IMG/VR virus record: IMGVR_UViG_3300021511_000003
Coordinates: 1-64,000 of that record
Strand: one strand, 5' to 3'
DNA length: 64,000 bases
The position numbers and the translations under genes are program-made. Positions 39,128-47,768 of this stretch are shown here, piece by piece. Within the stretch, counting starts at the first letter, position 1. Every line of letters begins with the position of its first letter. A model generated the notes under the pieces. The model made no database searches and was not told where the DNA came from. It worked only from the letters and a program-made list of their open reading frames with translations.

Positions 39128-39984
39128 GCAGCTCCGGTTTCAGGAATTAACTCGACATAAACATTACTGTTTTCATTGTATAGTGATATTACAAAATTAT
39201 TAAAATCTGTCTGACAAGATACTAAAGACATAAATAATGTAATTAAATCTTTACCATTTTTCAAAGAGTTCATTGGAATCACTTTTTCAGAAACAGGAAA
39301 CATTCTACTTCCAAGAAATACAGTAACATCTTTATCTTTGTTTATATCCATTATTGGGACAATTTTATCTGGCAAATTTAAAAATTTTTCATTCCCCAGA
39401 ATGTTTTCATATACTATATCATAATTTTTATTATCAATATGCTTGACATAATCGAGTTCATATTTTTGAATAGATTTACTTTTTATAAGAGTTGTAATTA
39501 TATCACAATGAATCAACATAGAAATAATTGAAGCAGCATACCTCAAATCATTTCTTGATAATTCTAAAATATATTTTCCAGCCTGTAAGCAAGAGTATGT
39601 AACATTTTTTCTAAAGTCACCCATTAAATATCTTGATGATATGTAAAATCTTGCATCAATCTCTTTTTGTCGATCATAGGTATAATCTCTACAATCAATT
39701 ACTAAATCCTCTTTTATAAGTTTTGTTTTACCTTCCTTATATTTACTTTGAAATGCACATATTTCAAGATCAGGATTTTGATCATGTAGAATATCTTTTA
39801 GAGCTTCGACTTTTGGGGCACCTATATCGACTTGTCGGTAAATCGAATTCTTCAAATTCTTTTTCTCAACTATATCGTGGTCTAATATAACTATCTTCTC
39901 AATTCCTTCCAAATTAGCTATAGCTTCTGCTACAAATCCACCGAGTGTTCCTAACCCAATTATTACTATATTTTTATACACCAC
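39124..39984 (-). CDS. Divergent ThiF/E1-like protein with C-terminal extension
   Basis: IIGLGTLGG, DHDIVEKKNL, GAPKVEAL, IDCRD; lacks the canonical NxxRQ arginine; ends VELIPETGAA. Confidence 0.8.
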   Translation of the reverse strand: MVYKNIVIIGLGTLGGFVAEAIANLEGIEKIVILDHDIVEKKNLKNSIYRQVDIGAPKVEALKDILHDQNPDLEICAFQSKYKEGKTKLIKEDLVIDCRDYTYDRQKEIDARFYISSRYLMGDFRKNVTYSCLQAGKYILELSRNDLRYAASIISMLIHCDIITTLIKSKSIQKYELDYVKHIDNKNYDIVYENILGNEKFLNLPDKIVPIMDINKDKDVTVFLGSRMFPVSEKVIPMNSLKNGKDLITLFMSLVSCQTDFNNFVISLYNENSNVYVELIPETGAA

Positions 39985-40013
39985 GGGTCATAGTCTCCTT
40001 TACTGATATTGTG

Positions 40014-40032
40014 GGGGGATACAATATCCCCC
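40014..40032 (-). terminator. GC hairpin GGGGGATA-CAA-TATCCCCC (plus-strand sequence)
   Basis: 8-bp stem between 40052-40618 and the second ThiF gene; U tract weak. Confidence 0.5.
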
Positions 40033-40051
40033 TCATTATAAAAACTGATAT

Positions 40052-40618
40052 TTATAGTTGAGCTTCCTCCATCGGTTCAGTGAAAATATCTAGTTCTTTA
40101 AGCATTTGTTGTTCTTCAGTACCAACCGGAACTGGTCGATAATGTGATTTATACTTAAAGAAATTATTTGCCAATTTAATGGGATAGCTTAAGGGGATAT
40201 TATATGAATATTTCTTTATTTTACCACTTTTCAAAATATTAACTGGTAATGTCGGATCTATTCGTGATAATTCTCCAGCAATTTCACTCCTGAAATGAAG
40301 GTCACCTTTTGCATCTTTTACTTTAAAAGATCGGTTAATAACTTTATCATCTCGGGATGAACCGTTGATTTTCATTTTATTTTCTTTTCTGATCAATGCT
40401 TTCATAGCGCGACCAAATGCTATATTTTTTCCTTTTACTTTTGAAAATGTATCGCGTAGAGAGCATATTGCAACTCCTCTTGATTCAATACGTTTTAACT
40501 TTGAATTGATAAAAACACAAGCTGTGAAAACATTATTCGCAATAGCACTTCCTGCAACATAAAATGCTACTTTATCAACTCTATTGTTGTTCAATATCTT
40601 TTGTGTTTCAGGATTCAT
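40052..40618 (-). CDS. Conserved phage hypothetical protein
   Basis: GVAICSLRDTFSKVKGKNIAFGRA, a CSxxDxF-x-KxxG-xx-IA pattern I recognise from other phage proteins. Confidence 0.7.
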   Translation of the reverse strand: MNPETQKILNNNRVDKVAFYVAGSAIANNVFTACVFINSKLKRIESRGVAICSLRDTFSKVKGKNIAFGRAMKALIRKENKMKINGSSRDDKVINRSFKVKDAKGDLHFRSEIAGELSRIDPTLPVNILKSGKIKKYSYNIPLSYPIKLANNFFKYKSHYRPVPVGTEEQQMLKELDIFTEPMEEAQL

Positions 40619-40642
40619 ATCATATTCCTTTGTTATTGGTTA

Positions 40643-40660
40643 GGGGGCCCGAAGACCCCC
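40643..40660 (-). other. Stable RNA hairpin GGGGGUC-UUCG-GGCCCCC downstream of the Ubl gene
   Basis: C(UUCG)G tetraloop on the mRNA strand; no U tract follows. Confidence 0.7.
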
Positions 40661-40674
40661 ATTTCTAATGATAT

Positions 40675-41145
40675 TTAACCTTTCTTCCCTGCTGGTTTCA
40701 GGAATTCCAGATTGTCGCCGGAGTTTAGAACATACTCCGCATCGACTTCTTTGCCATTAACCAGTCCTGTAGAAAGACGATCAACATTCAGAACTTCACG
40801 AAGGAAGTCACCAACTTCTTTTACGCTCTTACCGGCAACTGGGAAATTACCAGAAGATGCTCCACAAGATACATGAATGGTTGTGGTGGCACGGGAACCG
40901 AAAGGGGCATCGGGTTTAGTAATTGTACTTTGACCGGTAAACTGAATACCGGTAAGTTTTTCCATTGCCTTTTCGGGAGCTTTGCTAATTGTTGAACCAC
41001 CGCCATAACGAGCGAGAATTGCATTGATAACGGTATTTTTATTTTTTTTGGAAACCCCCGGGATATTCAATTCATCAATACACATTCTTTTAAGGGCTTT
41101 GGATGTTTTGGCTTCAAGTTCTTCTCTTTTGAAAATTCTTCCCAT
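40675..41145 (-). CDS. Ubiquitin-like (beta-grasp) modifier with N-terminal HeH/Rho-N-like domain
   Basis: C-terminal ~70 aa IHVSCG...VAGKSVKEV...LVNGKEV...VLNSGDNLEFLKPAGKKG-COOH; N-terminal LEAKTSKALKRMC...IPGVSKKNKNTVINAIL. Confidence 0.8.
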   Translation of the reverse strand: MGRIFKREELEAKTSKALKRMCIDELNIPGVSKKNKNTVINAILARYGGGSTISKAPEKAMEKLTGIQFTGQSTITKPDAPFGSRATTTIHVSCGASSGNFPVAGKSVKEVGDFLREVLNVDRLSTGLVNGKEVDAEYVLNSGDNLEFLKPAGKKG

Positions 41146-41161
41146 TGTAAAATCTCCTTTG

Positions 41162-41848
41162 TTAATGTTTCACGATTCGAATTTTTGCATCTGCAGTCAT
41201 TTTTGTTAAATCAAAATAAACTTCAGATCGTTCATACTCGTCTTTGACTACAACGTTGTAGAAAGACCAACACATCAAAGTTGCAACCCCCAGATTTGCA
41301 AAGTATAGTTGGGGGTCAGAATGAGCAAGCTCATCACAACTCATTTCTTCTGGTAATTTATCATCTGGCTCTGCTATTTCTGGATGATATGCACATAGAT
41401 CAGGAGTTAAGTCTTTTCCATCTCTTCTAATATAAATCTGCACATTACCATCTGTATAGTCATTGCCACCAGAAATTAAAATAACATTTTGTAAATTTTT
41501 ACAGTAATTGGATACAATCATTCTGGTTTTGTGATTATCAACACATAGAAATACAATATAGTCTTCTTTAATAACTTCTTCTACAGTTTTTTCATTTACA
41601 AAAGCTTCGAATGCATTAAACTCTAGTCCATCAAATTTCATTTCAAGTTCGGTAGCTTTTATATCAGCTTTATTTCCGATACGAAAAAACTCTTGTCGTT
41701 CATAATTTTTTTGTTCATACTCGTCTCCATCCACCAATAGTAATTCTGCATCAAGATCTTTTGAATAGTTTAAAAATCTACATAATCTCTCAACTAATAT
41801 AGAACCAACTCCACCAAGTCCAATAACTGATATAAACATGTCAGACAT
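41162..41848 (-). CDS. ThiF/E1 family activating enzyme
   Basis: VIGLGGVG, DGDEYEQKNYERQ, LCVDNHKTR, SGGND...GNVQ, MSC (candidate catalytic Cys), QLYFAN. Confidence 0.92.
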   Translation of the reverse strand: MSDMFISVIGLGGVGSILVERLCRFLNYSKDLDAELLLVDGDEYEQKNYERQEFFRIGNKADIKATELEMKFDGLEFNAFEAFVNEKTVEEVIKEDYIVFLCVDNHKTRMIVSNYCKNLQNVILISGGNDYTDGNVQIYIRRDGKDLTPDLCAYHPEIAEPDDKLPEEMSCDELAHSDPQLYFANLGVATLMCWSFYNVVVKDEYERSEVYFDLTKMTADAKIRIVKH

Positions 41849-43386
41849 TATAAAACCTCTCTTTTAAATACTTTTTTAAACATAGCCATGAGACCATTTG
41901 GTTGTTCTGATATTGGTATTATGGTTGATCCTGGTTCCGGTATTCTTTGAATAGGTTCATCCTCCTTTTTAGCAGCTTGAGTTATCTCATCTACTTCTCG
42001 TGTTAAAAGCACTCCTTTATTTGTATATGGTTGTTCAGGTTTTTCTATACTATTAATTGGAGTGTAACAGAAAGGACAAGTTTCATCACTATTGTTTAAG
42101 TGAAAGCCATTACCACATTCTTTACATTTAATATATGAAGATTCTTCAATTTCTTTTGTAGAATCTTTTTTAAACATGTGGTCATATTCATCGCCTGGTA
42201 TATATTGATCTGACAGAACTTCCTCTTTATCTAATAGAATAAGATGTTCATTTGTATTACATGTGGAACATTGGAGTTCGAATCCTTCTTCCTCTTTAAC
42301 AATCTCGCCACAATTTTTACAAAAATACATCTCTTCAAAATCATCTTCCTCAATCTCAGAAGTAAGTTTGCAAAGTCTATGAGTGCATGTGGCACATGGT
42401 ACAAAGTCACCATCCTGAGTATGTGGAGGGAACTTTAAAGGTGTTGGTATCACTGGTTTAATACCTGGCTTGGAAGCACGTGAATTAATATTTTTTCCAT
42501 TTTGCTTCCAAATAGAACGATCATAATTAAAACCCCAACCATCATTATATGCATGAGCAGCATATCCATACCATCCAGCGTATCCATTACGATAACTTGG
42601 GAAGGTGTAAACACCCTTTTCTACCATACTCATCCAGTTTTTATTGAAAATACGATCCTCATCTGAGCATACTATATCATATCTACGATCAAATTTTTTA
42701 CGCTCGAATGGATATTTGGGCTTGACATCTACATCTTCAATAAGTTTTCCATTTTTCCATTTATAAACTGTTTTAACTGATTTATTATCAATGGAATTAG
42801 TTTCAGACATACACACTATATTATCAATATATTTTTCAGGTTCTATCATTTGTCGAAACCCGTTTGATACAATTGATGAAGAAAGGCTGGGATATTTATC
42901 ACCTAAATCTCCAAATGTCAGATGAAGTCCATCAAAATGTTCTTCATCACTATCATCAACTCCTGAATGAAACGCTGACATGTTTCCATGACTATGAATA
43001 GTTCCAATCATTGTATATCCATCAATAGTCAAACCTTTATCATAATCACAGCTAGCACCTGCGACTTTTTGATGTGGCGGAACAATTTTATGTTCTCCCG
43101 TTTGTTCATTATAGAACAATAGAACGATTGCTTCTGATCTGTTATATGTATCATATACTTCTCGAAAAAAGCTTATAACTTTTGCAATATATTTTCCAGG
43201 AATCTTTGTAATATGCATTCGTGCACTTGATGCCACACTTTCAAGAATTGAGATATTTTTAACCGGTGCAATACTTTCCATTACACCAAGTTTCTTTTTA
43301 AGAAATACTCCCTCCTTACCAATAATATAATAAATATCATCTTTAGGCATTTCATTTTGCCCATCATTCAGGACTACTTTAAACAT
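41848..43386 (-). CDS. JAB/MPN metalloprotease with C-terminal zinc ribbons
   Basis: SEAIVLL, GTIHSHGNMSAFHSGVDDSDE; CATC, CKNC...CSTC, CKEC...CPFC. Confidence 0.9.
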   Translation of the reverse strand: MFKVVLNDGQNEMPKDDIYYIIGKEGVFLKKKLGVMESIAPVKNISILESVASSARMHITKIPGKYIAKVISFFREVYDTYNRSEAIVLLFYNEQTGEHKIVPPHQKVAGASCDYDKGLTIDGYTMIGTIHSHGNMSAFHSGVDDSDEEHFDGLHLTFGDLGDKYPSLSSSIVSNGFRQMIEPEKYIDNIVCMSETNSIDNKSVKTVYKWKNGKLIEDVDVKPKYPFERKKFDRRYDIVCSDEDRIFNKNWMSMVEKGVYTFPSYRNGYAGWYGYAAHAYNDGWGFNYDRSIWKQNGKNINSRASKPGIKPVIPTPLKFPPHTQDGDFVPCATCTHRLCKLTSEIEEDDFEEMYFCKNCGEIVKEEEGFELQCSTCNTNEHLILLDKEEVLSDQYIPGDEYDHMFKKDSTKEIEESSYIKCKECGNGFHLNNSDETCPFCYTPINSIEKPEQPYTNKGVLLTREVDEITQAAKKEDEPIQRIPEPGSTIIPISEQPNGLMAMFKKVFKREVL

Positions 43387-45958
43387 TAATCATACTCCTT
43401 TCATCATTTATGAATTCAAATATTGAAGAATTACAGGTATAAGTATGTCCGTGGCAATTTGTCCAACCTCTTTTAGTACCAATTTCATTCTGTATTCTTT
43501 GTGAAATTCTTGGATTTAATATATAATCGAATTTGTAGTTTACAGCAGTATATTTATCCAGTAAAGTATACCTTGGAATTCGTGTATAATATTTCAAGTC
43601 TAATATATTTAACTTATGATTACCGTTTATCTTAAACACAATGCAACCGGCATCGGTTTGATATTCATTCTCACCAACAATAATATCACCAGGTTGAAAT
43701 TTAATTTTTGCAATATCAATGGGGGCATGTGAAATAGTTGCCCATTTTTTATTCGTCATTGAAATTTTCTTGAACTTATTGATTACATCACTGTACCATA
43801 AAGTACAACAATTTGAACATAGTACTAATGGATCAGACCCACCTGTATCTGTTATAAAACCAATGATAATATGTGTATCTTTTTTAAGGAAATGTAAAAT
43901 ACCAGTCTCTTGAGCTTGAATTTTCATCCCTGCTGTAAGGTTGCCATATACATTTGTAATATGCCTGATTTTTCCTGTAAATATTGATCCGGTTGGTCCA
44001 TCAACATACTTTATTTGGTGTAGTATACCTTCCTTATCAGCTAATATAAAATGTATATCTCCTCTCTCTTCATTAAATTTAAATCCTTGAATTATTTTTA
44101 TCGAAAGCATATTTATTGGATTTTCCCAATCAGAAGTAACAACTTTGTCTCCTATAGCAAAGTCAATGTTCATATCATAACTTTCAACTCTGAATTTATC
44201 ATCGTTCAAAATATATTTTTTTATTTCCAATGGTGATGGAATTGCGGCAGATTGATATCTATTATCAATTGCGACACCATTTGGAGTACCAAATGTTGTA
44301 CCTTCCATGGGATCATGTGTATTTCGTCTCGACATTATTAATGTACGACCGACTCTAACAAGTGGCGGTAATGGTTTGATAGTTTCTGTATCAAATATCA
44401 ATGAATTGTGTATTGTTGAATCTATGTTTATTCTAAAATAGTCATTATTTAAGTTATCATCTATACTTCGAAATTGTAGTTTTAATCTATCTGTATGATC
44501 AACATTAAAATCATCATATTTTACCAAATAACCACTGAGTAGGGGGGTTTCATTTGTTGCACCATTTATAAATAAATAAGTTTTATCCTTTGTTAGTTTA
44601 AGACCATTATATACTGGGTTTGATAAATTATAAACTTTCGCTTCTAAATGTTCAAGAATATAGAAACCATCACCAAAACATGCTTCGTGATATCCTTCTT
44701 GATTAAGACGAATATAACCAACCTTCTTATATACAGTATTACCGATACCATTTTTCATTTGAACAATGTCATCCTTTTTAACAATATCACCATTTTTCAA
44801 CGTACCTTCTTTTTCGTATCGAAGTTCTATAGTTTTTTCTTTCAGAAATTTTGAAAATGCTTTTGTGTTTTTATAAATAATCAAACGACCATCTTCTCTT
44901 TCAACTCTGAAATATTTGATACCTCCACTATTTTCAAAACTAATAAGCGAATTGATATAACACATACGTTTATTATTTTTAATAAGGAATGGATCTCCTA
45001 CATGAATATAAAATTTGTTATCCAGAAATACACCCTCTGCAACATCATAGTATAACTTATATTTCTTTTTGGCTCGCTTTGTTGGTTTGGCAACTTTACC
45101 TGTATCCATTTTTGTTGAAAACATTTGAGTGAGGGATTTATATTCAACTTGTTTTGTGGTTTTATTATTATGTCGTTTTATTTCATCAATGGCTTGACCA
45201 AAATTCATTGGAATTTTAATCCAGTCAACATTATAAATAAACATAGGATTTAATTTAGATAAACCCTGCCATTCCATATATGTACTAACACCAGCAACTT
45301 TTTCATATGCATGATAGTTATACATGTAGTCATTATTAAACTCAGCACCCCAGAATACATTAATTGCTTTTTCAACTGCTGCATTCAATGACTCAGATAT
45401 TCCACTTGATTTAGTACCAAAACAAATATACTGACTTTCTGAAATATTTGGTAATGGTATTTTAAGAAGATAATCTGATAATCCTGTTAATCTTGCAACT
45501 CTCAAAAATGCCTGACCACATCGTATATCATAAAAATCATCGATATATAAAATAAAGATAACATATGGGAATGCCAAATTAAATGACGGTACTTCATCAA
45601 TGTTGGTTGTAAAATTTTCACTATAATCATATTTTTCAAGTCTACCACTACGTTTTAGTATATTAGTTTCACGTTGAAAATTTAAATCGATTTTAATTGT
45701 TCTAAACGCTGGTGGTTCTTCAATAGCAATGATATACCCACCTTGTACTCTTTCCATAAATCTACAATTTGGTGGTAAAACATTCATTGATTGATCGTTT
45801 ATAGTAAGTGCAATACGTTTAAGATAATCTATAGTAAGAAGGGATTTCTTATGAATAACTGGTAATGAATCATTATTTAATATTGAATCCTTGTATTCAG
45901 ATCTATATAAATTCGTATACTTTGAGTTTATTCTTATTTCATTTTTTAAATTCATCAT
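43379..45958 (-). CDS. Prokaryotic E2-like conjugating enzyme (PRTRC-B/Prok-E2 type) with ~600-aa C-terminal extension
   Basis: LAFPYVIF...LLKIPLPNISESQYICFG...VFWGAEFNND within the first ~230 aa; adjacent to JAB, E1 and Ubl genes. Confidence 0.75.
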   Translation of the reverse strand: MMNLKNEIRINSKYTNLYRSEYKDSILNNDSLPVIHKKSLLTIDYLKRIALTINDQSMNVLPPNCRFMERVQGGYIIAIEEPPAFRTIKIDLNFQRETNILKRSGRLEKYDYSENFTTNIDEVPSFNLAFPYVIFILYIDDFYDIRCGQAFLRVARLTGLSDYLLKIPLPNISESQYICFGTKSSGISESLNAAVEKAINVFWGAEFNNDYMYNYHAYEKVAGVSTYMEWQGLSKLNPMFIYNVDWIKIPMNFGQAIDEIKRHNNKTTKQVEYKSLTQMFSTKMDTGKVAKPTKRAKKKYKLYYDVAEGVFLDNKFYIHVGDPFLIKNNKRMCYINSLISFENSGGIKYFRVEREDGRLIIYKNTKAFSKFLKEKTIELRYEKEGTLKNGDIVKKDDIVQMKNGIGNTVYKKVGYIRLNQEGYHEACFGDGFYILEHLEAKVYNLSNPVYNGLKLTKDKTYLFINGATNETPLLSGYLVKYDDFNVDHTDRLKLQFRSIDDNLNNDYFRINIDSTIHNSLIFDTETIKPLPPLVRVGRTLIMSRRNTHDPMEGTTFGTPNGVAIDNRYQSAAIPSPLEIKKYILNDDKFRVESYDMNIDFAIGDKVVTSDWENPINMLSIKIIQGFKFNEERGDIHFILADKEGILHQIKYVDGPTGSIFTGKIRHITNVYGNLTAGMKIQAQETGILHFLKKDTHIIIGFITDTGGSDPLVLCSNCCTLWYSDVINKFKKISMTNKKWATISHAPIDIAKIKFQPGDIIVGENEYQTDAGCIVFKINGNHKLNILDLKYYTRIPRYTLLDKYTAVNYKFDYILNPRISQRIQNEIGTKRGWTNCHGHTYTCNSSIFEFINDERSMINV

Positions 45959-45963
45959 AACAT

Positions 45964-46344
45964 TTATTCACCTCGTAGAAATTTATATCGTTTGGCATAT
46001 TCAGTTAATATCATTTCAGGTCTATTATCATTGATTGACCATACTCTTTGCCTCTTTATTGAGAGAGTTTTTGATTCTCTAAAAATATATTCTTTTCTAG
46101 ATGTTACAAATAATACAGCTAACCAAACATCTTCACTTTCACGTTCTAATGAAAGAAAAGCAATTTCATTTGTTATTCTTCCAGGAACTTCCAGTGTAAG
46201 AAATAGATTTGGTCCCTTTGGAATTATTTCAGTATGTATAATATTTTCTTCTTCTTCTTCAGAAATCATATCACATAATTGTCTTATTTCATCAATATTA
46301 TTATCACCTTTGATTTCTGAAAGTAATTTATTTAAAATTCCCAT
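45964..46344 (-). CDS. Hypothetical protein
   Basis: ORF track; AGGAG RBS. Confidence 0.65.
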   Translation of the reverse strand: MGILNKLLSEIKGDNNIDEIRQLCDMISEEEEENIIHTEIIPKGPNLFLTLEVPGRITNEIAFLSLERESEDVWLAVLFVTSRKEYIFRESKTLSIKRQRVWSINDNRPEMILTEYAKRYKFLRGE

Positions 46345-46366
46345 TTAGTATCTCCTTTATTAAGAT

Positions 46367-46717
46367 TTACTTGTAAGGTGTTCTTGGCGGTTTGGATTTT
46401 TTTGTGTAGTATCTCATTGTTTTAGTATCCATCCATTCAACTCCATCAAACGGAACAGAACGCCACGCTTTTTTATCTAGATCATAAACATGCATTATTT
46501 TATTTTTTTGAATCAAACTAAGTATATTTTGAATATTAACACCTTTTGGGTGATCCTTCTTTGGAATTTTTGTAAAATCCAATGTACATCTCATAATACG
46601 ATTAGTTTTATCTTTTTTTTCAAACTTGATAACAACTTCTTTTTCATCATAAACTTTTTTCCAAAATGTGATCGCACTCATAATTACATTGCTATCTAAA
46701 GGTTTTTGATCTACCAT
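46367..46717 (-). CDS. WYL_2/DUF2693-like SH3-fold protein
   Basis: VIKFEKKDKTNRIMRCTL...VYDLDKKAWRSV. Confidence 0.7.
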   Translation of the reverse strand: MVDQKPLDSNVIMSAITFWKKVYDEKEVVIKFEKKDKTNRIMRCTLDFTKIPKKDHPKGVNIQNILSLIQKNKIMHVYDLDKKAWRSVPFDGVEWMDTKTMRYYTKKSKPPRTPYK

Positions 46718-46720
46718 AAT

Positions 46721-47767
46721 TTATTCTCCCCGTTTATCAGAGTGTACTAACGTATTTACTCCTTCTTCTGTTTCATCAAGATATTGACTCATCATCAAGC
46801 ATGAATGATTACAGGATTTACAATAATATTGCTTGTCTGACACTATTGCATTGAATACATACGCAGATATAAGATGTGGATCTGTTTTATCAAACAACTG
46901 TGTTACATTCAATTCTGGACTCGAAACACCCTTGATTCTCAAACATAATCTAATTGTTCCATCTGCATCAATTGAAATATTATGCAAACCTTGTTCCAAT
47001 TTGCAATCATAATTTGTTGGTAATGTATTAAACATTTTTGGGATTAAAATGTCTTTCATATGAACATATAAAGATAGATTGTTTACAATATTAACCAACT
47101 CCTCTGCTAATCTGAATGTTGGTTGAACTAATGTTTTTATATCCCAAACATTTGAAAAGTCGTAAAATGGACTTTTTGCAATATCAACAAATGTAATATC
47201 GCTATATATGTTATTCATACTCAACTGTTCTACGAGTTTATACAATAGATGTTGATTATGATTCATAACTGTTATTTCAGCCACAACATCCTTAACTTTA
47301 CCTGCTTCCTGAATCTCCTTCAATCTTTTGAGACCTTCAATGCTTTTCATTACTCGATCTTCATCTGCACCGATTTCATTAAAGATTGGATCCACTGAAC
47401 TCGTAAAACCTTCTATATGATCAACCTTATCAAATAACTTTTTGATTAATGGTTGAATTGTTGGGGTGTTGTTCGTAATAATGGTATAGTAGATTTCATT
47501 GTCATTACAATAATTTATAATATCAGGTAGATCAGGTCTTAATAATGGTTCACCACCATAAAATATATGAAACACATCTGGATTGTGAACCTTAAATGCT
47601 GCAAGGGTTTTAATAACAACTTCTGTTGGCATTTCATTTTTGATATAATGTTTCATATCAGGATATAGATATGGTTTTCCATTATAGTTTCTCACAATAG
47701 CACAATATTCACATTCAAGATTACATTTTCTTGTGAGAAGCCAATTTACAATTCTTACTTGACTCAT
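46721..47767 (-). CDS. Radical SAM enzyme with SPASM/twitch-like C-terminus
   Basis: CNLECEYC, YGGEPLLR, C...ISIDADGTIRLC, CKSCNHSC. Confidence 0.92.
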   Translation of the reverse strand: MSQVRIVNWLLTRKCNLECEYCAIVRNYNGKPYLYPDMKHYIKNEMPTEVVIKTLAAFKVHNPDVFHIFYGGEPLLRPDLPDIINYCNDNEIYYTIITNNTPTIQPLIKKLFDKVDHIEGFTSSVDPIFNEIGADEDRVMKSIEGLKRLKEIQEAGKVKDVVAEITVMNHNQHLLYKLVEQLSMNNIYSDITFVDIAKSPFYDFSNVWDIKTLVQPTFRLAEELVNIVNNLSLYVHMKDILIPKMFNTLPTNYDCKLEQGLHNISIDADGTIRLCLRIKGVSSPELNVTQLFDKTDPHLISAYVFNAIVSDKQYYCKSCNHSCLMMSQYLDETEEGVNTLVHSDKRGE

Positions 47768-47768
47768 A

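Noticed and set aside
39976-39993. Five-codon uORF (MTRGV) overlapping the GTG start of the second ThiF gene
   Set aside because: AAGGAG is only 3 nt from that ATG but 10 nt from the GTG, so the GTG start explains the RBS.
38759-45958. Captured host defence island (Bil or CBASS)
   Set aside because: There is no CD-NTase, effector, integrase or IS, and the genes are interleaved and coupled with phage core genes. Phage-adapted use is more likely, though ancestry from such systems is possible.
6018-47767. Either radical SAM being QueE to complete the preQ0 pathway
   Set aside because: Both are ~330-350 aa with SPASM/twitch-like C-termini and lack the QueE-type GCNLxCxWCDT context.
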